A stretch of DNA of 64,000 nucleotides from Candidatus Latescibacterota bacterium (GTDB lineage: Bacteria > Latescibacterota > UBA2968 > GCA-2709665). The DNA is taken from NCBI GenBank assembly GCA_965237675.1, contig OZ250150.1, positions 2,976,001-3,040,000 of the forward strand, written 5' to 3'. Under the pieces are notes generated by a model. The model made no database searches. It was given only the letters and a program-made list of their open reading frames with translations, and was not told where the DNA came from. Made by a program: the position numbers and the translations under genes. Positions 9,891 through 18,924 of the stretch are shown here, piece after piece; the stretch's first letter is position 1; each line of letters opens with the position of its first letter.

Positions 9891-10691
9891 ATGAAGCGAC
9901 AGATCTGCGTATATCTGACCCTGTTCCTAGCAGGGTGGGGCGCGGAAGGACAGGCCGCCGACATCCCCACGCGGGGCGCCGTCATCAACATCGTGACGTG
10001 GGACGGTAAGAACCTGCCGCCCATCTACGAACGCTCCGACCAGCTTCCCCTCGACCTGGAAGACGTCATCAATCTCAGCCGGAACGACTTTGACGACGAA
10101 GCGATCAGCCGAATGGTTCGCGAACGCCGGTTTGCGGGTAACGCTTCGGCCGACGCGCTGATTGAACTCAAAAAGGCAGGCGTTTCGCAAAAGGTCATTC
10201 AGGCAATCTCGCTCCACGCGCTGCCCCCCAACCGCGCGCTGACCCTTACGATTCAACTCGAATTCGCTGGTCAGTCCGGGGAAGCCCGCAGACGGTATCT
10301 CTACGTGATTATCCCGGACGGGCCGACCGAGCGCATCTTCACCGCGGACCTGGGCGCCGTGCTGGCGGGGCGCTGGCGCCGGGACGAGCGGGTGGATCTC
10401 ACCGATCCCCTGCTGCCCAAGCAGGTTCGGCGTATCACCTTTGCGGATCGAGTGCCGCTGAAGACGTATGGGTCCAAGACGATACAGGTCTTGACGTCGA
10501 CCAGGCCGGATATATTCCAGTCAACCGATATTCCCGATGCCGACCGCGCCGGCATCCGTGAATTCGTCTTCGACTATCCCGTCAGTTCTCTGTTGCAGGA
10601 CTGCCGGCTCCAGGTGCGCTATCGCCAGGACGTCCTGTTGCCTTACAAGTGGCACATGGCAGGCGCCCACTTCCAATGCGAATGGAATTGA
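9891..10691 (+). CDS. Secreted hypothetical protein
   Basis: Strong RBS (AAGGAGG), signal peptide, helical motif DALIELKKAGVSQKVIQAI; operonic position. Confidence 0.75.
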   Translation: MKRQICVYLTLFLAGWGAEGQAADIPTRGAVINIVTWDGKNLPPIYERSDQLPLDLEDVINLSRNDFDDEAISRMVRERRFAGNASADALIELKKAGVSQKVIQAISLHALPPNRALTLTIQLEFAGQSGEARRRYLYVIIPDGPTERIFTADLGAVLAGRWRRDERVDLTDPLLPKQVRRITFADRVPLKTYGSKTIQVLTSTRPDIFQSTDIPDADRAGIREFVFDYPVSSLLQDCRLQVRYRQDVLLPYKWHMAGAHFQCEWN

Positions 10692-10775
10692 GTTCGCAGG
10701 CGCTCGTCTCACGCAACACATGGAACGGGTTAGCTACCGAGCCGGAACACCCATCACCCTGAAAGGAGATACGAC

Positions 10776-11372
10776 ATGAAACCAGGAATCTGCATCACCC
10801 TCGCCGTCGTTCTCGCGTTCGCCGTCAGCTGCGCGGGACCGAGAGCCTTTACAAAGGGCAGCTACGAAGATCCGAACGCCATTGCGCTGCTGGATGACCG
10901 ATTCAGCGAAAACGACATGCAACTCATCGCGAAGAAGATGATCCAGTCCATGGCCGGGAGCAGCATTACAGGGAGAAACGGCACGCCGGTTGTCATGATC
11001 GGAAAAATGCGCAACCGTACATCAGAACACATAGATATGACCATGCTGTCCAACAAGGTCCGCACACAGCTCATCCAGAGCGGCAGATTTCGGTTCGCCG
11101 ACGTGGCAAACCGCCGGGACATCGCCGAGGAGTACGAGTATCAACAGTCCGGCTACGTGGATCCGGACCAGGCCAGCGGTCCTGGCAGCCAGACCGGCGC
11201 GGAGTATCTGCTGACCGGCACACTCACAGCCAACGTCCAGCAGGTGGGCAAGGACAAACTGATCTACTATAAGGCCACCTTCCAGTTGACCAATCTGGTG
11301 ACGTCTGAAATTGCCTGGACCGACGAGAAAGAAATCCGGAAGGCCTACAAGAAACGCCATATTGGATTCTAA
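10776..11372 (+). CDS. lpoB: Penicillin-binding protein activator LpoB family lipoprotein
   Basis: Lipobox AVS-C; NRTSEHID, SGRFRF, YYKATFQLTNL...EIAW..EKEIRK. Confidence 0.8.
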   Translation: MKPGICITLAVVLAFAVSCAGPRAFTKGSYEDPNAIALLDDRFSENDMQLIAKKMIQSMAGSSITGRNGTPVVMIGKMRNRTSEHIDMTMLSNKVRTQLIQSGRFRFADVANRRDIAEEYEYQQSGYVDPDQASGPGSQTGAEYLLTGTLTANVQQVGKDKLIYYKATFQLTNLVTSEIAWTDEKEIRKAYKKRHIGF

Positions 11373-11430
11373 TACGTAGATAGCTGGCATCTCAACCCAC
11401 CGTGTTCCTTAATTTGAAAGGAAACTCGCC

Positions 11431-11985
11431 ATGAAACCCGCACGTTTCACTCTGATTCTCACCTGCTGCTTGGGGCTGCTATCCGTGCCCCTGGCCGCCC
11501 AGGAATCCGGTCGGACCGATGGACCGGAAGGCAGTGAAGTGGGCCGGGGCGGCTATCCGTTCGGCGGTCCAGAAGGCCGATTTTATATCAGCCCGGCGTT
11601 CGGCTCCGGCATCTTCGACAGAAACGCGGACGACAGCCGCTCCGGCCTGCTCTACAGCCTGAACCTGGGTTACGAGCGGGACGGCTGGCTTGCAATAGAG
11701 GGTGGTTATGCCTATCTTTCTGATAAAAAACTGACCATTTACAGCCTGGGTTCCCGCTTCGACTACAACGCCGACCCTTTTGTCTATTATTTCTCGGCGC
11801 AGGCGGGGCTCTACAAGCCAACCGAAGGGGAAAGCAACTTCGGCGTGGCCCCCGGCGCGGGCATCGACATCATTCTCAACGATCGGATTCGCGTTGGGCT
11901 GAACTACAAGCGGGACTTCATCTTTACGGACGGCAACACTACGGATATCGATCGCCTCTTTGCCGGGCTAAAATTCTACTTTTGA
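11431..11985 (+). CDS. Small outer-membrane beta-barrel protein
   Basis: Signal peptide, alternating aromatic beta strands, C-terminal AGLKFYF (BamA signal). Confidence 0.8.
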   Translation: MKPARFTLILTCCLGLLSVPLAAQESGRTDGPEGSEVGRGGYPFGGPEGRFYISPAFGSGIFDRNADDSRSGLLYSLNLGYERDGWLAIEGGYAYLSDKKLTIYSLGSRFDYNADPFVYYFSAQAGLYKPTEGESNFGVAPGAGIDIILNDRIRVGLNYKRDFIFTDGNTTDIDRLFAGLKFYF

Positions 11986-12300
11986 GCCATGTCATCGGAC
12001 GACCCGCGCGGCGATTCGGGCCGCTCTTCATTTGTCGTCCGCGCTGTCAACGTCGCGCAATACGAGGGAGGTATCGCGGAATCGAAAAGAGATCTTTTCG
12101 CCGATGCGCAAGAGCGGCAACGAAATCAAACGGGCTGTCCGAGTCCCTATCCGGCAGCCCGTTCGGCATGATGCGTTTCCGTTGCTACGTGCCGGCCGAT
12201 TTGTTAACTTTGAACGGCTGGCAGGTAAGCGCATTGCCGCGGGGGCAGGGTAGGGGAGGAGGGCGGCTACGGTCCCGTTCCATAATTGAGAGTTCGGTAT

Positions 12301-13533
12301 ATGATCATTCGAGATCCGGTACACGGCGACCTTCGCTTCGACGAAGTGGAGCGCCGTGTGATGGACACCCGGCAATTCCAGCGCCTGCGAGGCATCCGGC
12401 AGACCGGCACGGCCTATCTCGTGTACCCGGGCTGCACGCATACACGGTTCGAACACTCCCTGGGTACCGCCGCAATGGCGAGGCACATTGTAGGTGTTCT
12501 CAGAGACTCCGGAACCAGCGTGAGCCCCGAACAGGAAACCGCTGTGGTTCTGGCCGCCCTCGTACACGACGTGTCTCATTTTCCCTTTGGCCATACCTTT
12601 GAAGACGAACGCAAGCTGTTTCCGCGCCACGATACCGCGGAACGGATCGGACACGCGCTCTCCCAGGATGAACTGTCGAATGCTCTGGACGCATCCGGCC
12701 AGAGAGAACAGGTGGTCGCCCTCCTCACCCAGCGCAGTTTCGATCCGCCCTGGATGCGGCAGATCGTTACGAGCACCGTCGATGCGGACCTGCTCGACTA
12801 CCTTCGCCGCGACGCCTATTTCGCGGGATTGAAACACGATTACGACGACCGCATTCTAAGCACCTTCACGGTTGCCGACAACAAGCTCGCCATCAACCTG
12901 GAGAAACTCAGCACCCGGACGGAATTGCTCCATCTCCTGCGGCTGCGTTATTTCCTGACCGAACGCGTCTACTTTCACCACGCGAAGATCGCATCCGGCG
13001 CCATGATTGCCAAAGCCGTGGAACTGGCCGTCCAGCAGGGCCTGCGGCAGGAGGATATTTACCATCTCACGGATGGCGCCCTTCTTCGGTCCCTCACCGC
13101 AAGAAAGGATGAACGCATTGATCGCCTGGTCCGGGGTGTGGTCTACCGCAATCTGCTGAAGCGGGCTTACGTGCTTTCTACGGGCGAAATCGGGAGGCGC
13201 GCGCGGGATGAACTGATCGCTTCGTACAACAGATCCGTCGAATCCAGGCAGCGGGTCGAACGTGAAATAGCCGACGCCATCGTCGTCGAACCCGACCAGG
13301 TGATCCTGTACTGCCCGGACATTTCCTCCATCAAGGAGGCCAGGGTCTTCACGAAAACCAAAAACGGCGTCCGTCGCCTCAATGAACCCCTCGACAGTCC
13401 GCCGTTCGACGTGAAGGCGGTGGAGGACCAATACGAACGGCTCTGGAAACTCTACGTCTTTGTCCCAGACGGCTACCAGGAACGCGCCGCCAAGGTCTGC
13501 GAACGACTCTTCGGAGAGAAGAACGCCGTTTAG
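12301..13533 (+). CDS. HD-domain phosphohydrolase, SAMHD1/dNTP triphosphohydrolase-like
   Basis: IRDPVHG, RLRGIRQ, HTRFEHSLG, LVHDVSHFPFGH, DADLLDYLRRD. Confidence 0.88.
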   Translation: MIIRDPVHGDLRFDEVERRVMDTRQFQRLRGIRQTGTAYLVYPGCTHTRFEHSLGTAAMARHIVGVLRDSGTSVSPEQETAVVLAALVHDVSHFPFGHTFEDERKLFPRHDTAERIGHALSQDELSNALDASGQREQVVALLTQRSFDPPWMRQIVTSTVDADLLDYLRRDAYFAGLKHDYDDRILSTFTVADNKLAINLEKLSTRTELLHLLRLRYFLTERVYFHHAKIASGAMIAKAVELAVQQGLRQEDIYHLTDGALLRSLTARKDERIDRLVRGVVYRNLLKRAYVLSTGEIGRRARDELIASYNRSVESRQRVEREIADAIVVEPDQVILYCPDISSIKEARVFTKTKNGVRRLNEPLDSPPFDVKAVEDQYERLWKLYVFVPDGYQERAAKVCERLFGEKNAV

Positions 13534-13695
13534 CGGTGGATGTCGACCATCGGGAGAACCCGCGCCCCTCCCGATTCGCATCCCGCTCTTGCCGGAAGCC
13601 CCCTCATCAGCGGGCAGAAACAAAACCTTCCTCCCTGTCGGAAAGAAGGGTTGACCTCGAGTTCCGGCCCCGCATCGTTCATACATCCAGCGTCA

Positions 13696-14235
13696 TCAGC
13701 GATTCCGCCGCTGGCCGGGATGTCTCACCGCGTGGAAGAGTGGAAGTTCGTCACTCAGCCTGTCTTCCAGCCGTTTGTGGCACGACGCGCACACCGAGAT
13801 CAGATTGTCCAGCCGGTTGGCGGCCGCGGCCGAAGCAAACAATCGGACGGGCGTCTTGTGATGCACGTCCAGTTGCCGGCCCAGCGTTTCTTCGGTAACC
13901 CCGCATTTCCGGCACCGGAAGCCGTCCCGTTCTCTCGCCACCGCGGTCTGCACCTTCCAGTTTCCACCCCTGTATTCCGGGCGTCCCCTCAAAACCAGAC
14001 GGCTCTCGTCTTCCGGAAGTACCGATGTCCACGCGTCGAGGCAGGTTTTGCCGCAGAAGTGAAGCCGCACCGTCCCGCGGGCAAACCAGCGCGGGACGCC
14101 AAATGGGTTCCCACACTGTTCGCAGCGGACCGGAACCTTCTGCGCTTCAGGCGCCGTCCGCGTGTCTGAGAAATGCAGTTGCAACTGTGTCGAAGAAACG
14201 GGAACGCCATCCACCGTATGTCCGCGCCCGGGCAC
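13696..14235 (-). CDS. HNH endonuclease with N-terminal zinc ribbon
   Basis: CEQC...FCGKTC, RERDGFRCRKCG, DVHH, N..DNLISVCASCH; GTG 14235 lies 6 nt after AGGAG. Confidence 0.85.
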   Translation of the reverse strand: MPGRGHTVDGVPVSSTQLQLHFSDTRTAPEAQKVPVRCEQCGNPFGVPRWFARGTVRLHFCGKTCLDAWTSVLPEDESRLVLRGRPEYRGGNWKVQTAVARERDGFRCRKCGVTEETLGRQLDVHHKTPVRLFASAAAANRLDNLISVCASCHKRLEDRLSDELPLFHAVRHPGQRRNR

Positions 14236-14303
14236 AACCAACTCCTGGCTGAGTCAGCATTTCGATAGCCGCGCCACCAAAGGAAAATCTCGTTAACACG
14301 TTG

Positions 14304-14332
14304 AATATAGGCGTGTTACAAAAATAAGTCAA
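14304..14332 (-). promoter_or_regulatory. sigma70 promoter for HNH gene
   Basis: TTGACT-17 bp-TATATT on minus strand. Confidence 0.55.
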
Positions 14333-14561
14333 ACACCATCCCGGTTTCCGGACCCGTGGGGGTCCCGATTCTCCATATCCATCCGATCCCGACTCCTTAC
14401 GGCCATCCGCGGGCAACGGGGGTTCGCGTGACTATAGACATGATCGTACCCTTCAGGTGTCCACGCCGCTATCCGTTTGCTGTGCTCGAGGGGGGACGGC
14501 AGTGATCGGGCCCCTTGCCGAACATCGTGCCTGACGCACCATCAGAGGGAAACAGAACGCC

Positions 14562-16160
14562 ATGCAGCGAATTATACCGACGGACCCGGCGCCGACTACA
14601 GGGTCCCCCAGGGGCAGCCGCCGTTTGATTCACACCAGCGACATGGGCTCCCATTTCGGCCGGGGGACCTGGCTCTTCGGCGATCCGGCGAAGCCCGATC
14701 ACCTGAGGGACTGGATCCGCAGCGTGGCTGCCGGAGGCGCGGATACGTATGTGCCGGAAGTCTATTTCGACGGCCTGATCGCCTATTATCACAGTTGCAG
14801 ATGCCCGAACTGGAGTTCGCCGGCGTTCCATAGATTCGACGCGATGATGGACGGCGGCGTGATGCCGCTGGAAATATTCGTCGACGAAGCGCGTAACCAG
14901 GGCATTGAACTGCTGGCGGGTTTCCGGATGAACGATCGCCACGGGGTCAACAAACCCTTTTTTGAAACCCATCCCCAGTGGATCCTGGAGGACCTCGGTC
15001 ATGGCGTCGACTATTCGCTGCCCGACGTGCGGGACTGGATCTTCTCCATAATACAGGAGGTTCCGGAGCGGTTTGACGTGGACGGGATCGAACTCAATTT
15101 CATCCGCCACGGGTACTGCTTCCCGCCCTCCGAGGCCGTGGACCGGCATCCTATTATGTCCGAATTCATGCGGCGGCTCCGCGCGATGCTCGACAGTACC
15201 GGGAGAAAGAGAGGACGGCGCCTCCTGATGGGGGTACGGGTGCCAACCACCCTGGAGGAATGCCGGCACTTCGGCCTCGACGTCCCCACGTGGGTTGCGG
15301 AAGGTCTGGTCGACTACGTGGCGCCCACCGACTATCACTACACAAACTTCAATATGAGGGTCGAACAATTCGCCAATTTTGTCCGCGCCTCGGACAACTG
15401 CTACCTTTATCCCGCCATTCAGGCCGACGTGCCCGGCAATTGCGCGATCATGACGCTGGACAACTACCGGGCCGCCGTCCGGAACTTCTACGAAGCCGGC
15501 GCCGACGGAATTTCTACCCACAATTACGACGTCTATATGTGGGGGCAACTCCGTAGCAAGACCTATCCCGGGCCCGCCGACATGTATCCGAAGGCGCTGG
15601 ACTACTTCAGAACCCTGAAAAACCCCGATGCGGTCGCCGGGGGAGACAGACACTATCTCTTCCTGCCGCTTTGGGCGCAAGAACTCCACCCGAAGGGCTA
15701 CCGGAGCATACCCATTCCACATCCACGCGCAACCGTCACCGGGTCCAGTCCGAGCGACGTGTTTTCGTTCCGAATTTGCGAGCATCTACCGGAAAAAACC
15801 GATCTGCCCGTGGACGCGCGGGGCGTATACGCCGGAAGGTTCAACCGGGCGGGCAAGCCTCCCGGCGCCTGGCTGATCTTCAGAGCCATCGGTATGGGCC
15901 CCGAGGATGAGATCGCCGTAACCCTGAACGGCCGGGATATCGCGGCAGACGCCATGCGCCCCATCTATCACCCACGGGGCCGGCCGGCATGGGAGGGGAG
16001 GCCGTTGCCGCCATACACGGAATTGCGCGTCGCTCTGACGTCGCCGCCCGGCGTCTACGGGGACAATACCCTGGGCATCAAGTGGGTCTCCAGAAACCGG
16101 GCCGAGGCCCGGGAGATTACCGTCGATGAAGTCGAGGTGGTCGTCAATATCGCGGACTGA
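14562..16160 (+). CDS. GH10-like (GHL10/TIM barrel) glycoside hydrolase-like protein
   Basis: GFRMNDRH, DYSLPDVR, DVDGIELNFIRH, GLDVPTWVAEGLVD, GADGISTHN. Confidence 0.65.
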   Translation: MQRIIPTDPAPTTGSPRGSRRLIHTSDMGSHFGRGTWLFGDPAKPDHLRDWIRSVAAGGADTYVPEVYFDGLIAYYHSCRCPNWSSPAFHRFDAMMDGGVMPLEIFVDEARNQGIELLAGFRMNDRHGVNKPFFETHPQWILEDLGHGVDYSLPDVRDWIFSIIQEVPERFDVDGIELNFIRHGYCFPPSEAVDRHPIMSEFMRRLRAMLDSTGRKRGRRLLMGVRVPTTLEECRHFGLDVPTWVAEGLVDYVAPTDYHYTNFNMRVEQFANFVRASDNCYLYPAIQADVPGNCAIMTLDNYRAAVRNFYEAGADGISTHNYDVYMWGQLRSKTYPGPADMYPKALDYFRTLKNPDAVAGGDRHYLFLPLWAQELHPKGYRSIPIPHPRATVTGSSPSDVFSFRICEHLPEKTDLPVDARGVYAGRFNRAGKPPGAWLIFRAIGMGPEDEIAVTLNGRDIAADAMRPIYHPRGRPAWEGRPLPPYTELRVALTSPPGVYGDNTLGIKWVSRNRAEAREITVDEVEVVVNIAD

Positions 16161-16211
16161 CCTCCGGCATCTGCGGTTAGGGGGTCGCAAGCAACCAGGA
16201 GGAAACCATTC

Positions 16212-17399
16212 ATGCCCGTACCTGATATCTACTCGGAGACGCGAATCTCCATGCTCACGCCGGATCTCAGACAGAGAGTGCGGGACAACCTGGTGACGTC
16301 CCAATTCAAGAAGGCGGGATGCACCCGGCCGGACGGGAAGGAGTGGCCGGCGTGGTTCGACCGTGCGCCGATCCGGCGCGTTCGGGTGGCGACGGGCTCA
16401 AGTACGTTCGGCACGTACAATCACCAGGCCGGTATCTGCAGATGGCGAAACCGGTATTGGTACGTGTTTTCGAACGGCGCCGTGCATGAAGAAGCGCCAG
16501 GACAGCAGACACTGATCACCCGGAGCCAGGATCTCTCGTCCTGGTCAAGGCCTTCCTGCGTGGCGCCGGGCGACGTTTCGCGGAGTCTGTGGCGCAATAC
16601 CGGCGGGATTATGGATTACGAAGACCGTCTCGTCGTATTCGTACAGACGAAAACCGGCGGTGGGGCTGCCGCGAAGCCGGGAATGAGCGCTAACCAGGAG
16701 AGCAAGACCACCTGCAAGATAGGGCTTGTCATTTCCGCCGACGGCGAGAACTGGATGGAGCGGGACGTCGCCGAAGACTGTTTCTGGTACGAAGCGCCCA
16801 GGTTGACACGGGAGGGAAGGCTTCTGTGCGCGGGATCCCGATTGGGAAGACCGATCGTGTTTCTGTGGCCGGGCGAGAATCCCCTGGAGCACCCGGAGAT
16901 CGTAGAGATCCCCTACGACGGTTCCCGGGGGATGGATTCAGGGAGGTTTCCTTACGGAGAAGCATCGTGGTATCAAACGGACGACGACAAAATCTTCATG
17001 TTTCACCGGAACGAGACGGACGAAATGAGGTTGCGCGTGGCGCTCAGCGAGGATGGCGGCAGAAGCTGGACCCCTCCCATGCTGTCGAATATCCCCGACT
17101 CGAAGTCGCGCGTAAGCGCGGGACGCCTGGCGGACGGGCGTTACTTCCTGATTAACAACGCCATCGCCGACCTGTTGAACCGGGTGCCGCTGATGATATC
17201 CTTATCAGCGGACGGCGTGAAATTCGAAAGCCAGTACTTCCTCATTGACGAACCCGCGACGATCGCCTTTCCGGGCGCCCTGAAGGCCCACGGACACCAG
17301 TATCCCTGCGGCATGGTCGAGCAGGACAGGCTGATCGTCGCCTACTCGGTCAACAAAGAGCACATGGAACTCCTCACGGTGGATCCGAGAGACCTTTGA
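16212..17399 (+). CDS. Exo-alpha-sialidase/BNR-repeat protein
   Basis: Asp-box repeats SQDLSSW, SADGENW, SEDGGRSW, SADGVKF; QYP near C-terminus. Confidence 0.75.
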   Translation: MPVPDIYSETRISMLTPDLRQRVRDNLVTSQFKKAGCTRPDGKEWPAWFDRAPIRRVRVATGSSTFGTYNHQAGICRWRNRYWYVFSNGAVHEEAPGQQTLITRSQDLSSWSRPSCVAPGDVSRSLWRNTGGIMDYEDRLVVFVQTKTGGGAAAKPGMSANQESKTTCKIGLVISADGENWMERDVAEDCFWYEAPRLTREGRLLCAGSRLGRPIVFLWPGENPLEHPEIVEIPYDGSRGMDSGRFPYGEASWYQTDDDKIFMFHRNETDEMRLRVALSEDGGRSWTPPMLSNIPDSKSRVSAGRLADGRYFLINNAIADLLNRVPLMISLSADGVKFESQYFLIDEPATIAFPGALKAHGHQYPCGMVEQDRLIVAYSVNKEHMELLTVDPRDL

Positions 17400-17413
17400 G
17401 GCGACCGAATTGC

Positions 17414-18055
17414 TCAATCGCTCAGCCGAAACCGGATGGGCATCGTCATTTTCACGGCGACGGACCGGTCGTTCTGCACGGCGGGTTCGAATGCAAATTG
17501 CGAAACCGCCTCGACTGCCGCCTGTCTGAAGATTTCCGGTCCGCGCACCACCCGCACGTCTCTGACGCTTCCGTCGGCGCCTACCGTGAACGCCACGAAC
17601 ACCACCCCTTCCAGCCCGGCTCTCTTCGCCATTTCCGGGTAAACAGGCAAAGTCAGACGGACCGGCGCGGGTTGCTGCTCAACCCGCCAGAATTCCAGGA
17701 CTTCCTCCTCAACGGGCGCGGTCTCGTAGCGCACCGGTTCCGGCAGATCCACGGGTATTCGATCGAAACCCAGTTCCGTAGACGCAATGGTCACGTCTTC
17801 CGGTACATCGTCGCTGTCTGTTTCGACGGGCATTGCGGGGCGTTTGGGTTCCGGGCGGCGCATCTGCCGGGTTTCCGGAATCCGCTCGACAGTTAATACG
17901 TCGGGCGGGCGAATCCGCGCAGAGGTGTCCATGTCGAACGAGGGAAACATCAGCGCGAGTACCAGAAGAAGCAGGAAGGAAATACCGACACACCGCGCCA
18001 TCACCTTCGGGTATGCCAACTTCAGGTCCACAGCGGGAAATTTATGGCGTATCAT
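17414..18055 (-). CDS. tonB: Energy transducer TonB
   Basis: Own RBS AAAAGGAGG before ATG; N-terminal TM helix, Pro-rich linker, TonB_C (PVYPEMAKRAGLEGVVFVAFTV...FEPA). Confidence 0.85.
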   Translation of the reverse strand: MIRHKFPAVDLKLAYPKVMARCVGISFLLLLVLALMFPSFDMDTSARIRPPDVLTVERIPETRQMRRPEPKRPAMPVETDSDDVPEDVTIASTELGFDRIPVDLPEPVRYETAPVEEEVLEFWRVEQQPAPVRLTLPVYPEMAKRAGLEGVVFVAFTVGADGSVRDVRVVRGPEIFRQAAVEAVSQFAFEPAVQNDRSVAVKMTMPIRFRLSD

Positions 18056-18688
18056 CGTCAGCCTCCTTTTCGACGGGAAGAGTTTCCCGATAGGTTGAAT
18101 TCCGTTCCTCGGCTCTCCTCGATTATCCAACAAGCGTCTGAACTTCTCGCCCCAAAGAGCCAGTTTCAGGGATACGTAGGATCCTCCAACTATCCGATCT
18201 CTCAACACACCGAACTTATCCACAAGAAATGTCGTCGGAATGGCATCCACGCCGTACAGCTTCCTGACCTTGTTGTCCTCATCAACCAGGGAAATGAAGG
18301 TGTAATCCCTCTCCTGCACATACTGGCGCGCGATGTTCGGGGATTCAACGTTTACGGCCAGGACCACCAGGTCGAGACCATTCTCTGAAAGGTGCGCCTG
18401 ATTCAGGTGTGGCAGTGAATCAACACACGGTCCGCACCACGTCGCCCAGAAGTCAATCAGAATGGTCTTACCTTCAAAATCACTGAGCCGTATGGAATCA
18501 CCATCTATGTCACGGAGGGCAAAATCTGGAGCTCTCTCCTCCAGTGCGGCCACTATCTCTCCGTCTGCACCCACGGACACAGGGATCTTTCAAGGAAAGG
18601 TTGAATAGATGTAGAACATATGGCCGAGAACCAAAATCGCGATAACGGCATTGATGCTCTTCAGCGGAAATGCTTTCTCTCGTCTCAT
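18056..18688 (-). pseudogene. TlpA/ResA-like thiol-disulfide oxidoreductase with in-frame TGA after the TM anchor and no stop before tonB
   Basis: APDFAL...DFWATWCGPC...VDAIPTTFLVD; ATG 18688 with GAGGA RBS and TM helix is in frame but interrupted by TGA at 18592-18590; frame runs into tonB. Confidence 0.65.
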
Positions 18689-18924
18689 CGCATTCCTCAG
18701 CCGCGCCGTCAACAACAGTCATCCACAAGGCTGTGCGCCCTTGCGCCTTCAACAAGACAAAACCACCGAAACACCGTCCCGTAAAATCCGTGCAGCCCTA
18801 CAATAACCGCCTGATTATCGTAGAATTAATTTTTTAATATTTAAGACCGGAATTGACCGCGTGCGGTTACCCTTTGCCCACGGGTGTAGGGGAATGTACG
18901 GACGATCGCCGGGTGCGGAAGGGT

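Noticed and set aside
11989-12290. Small ORF or riboswitch upstream of the HD gene
   Set aside because: No recognisable protein motif, RBS or RNA family consensus
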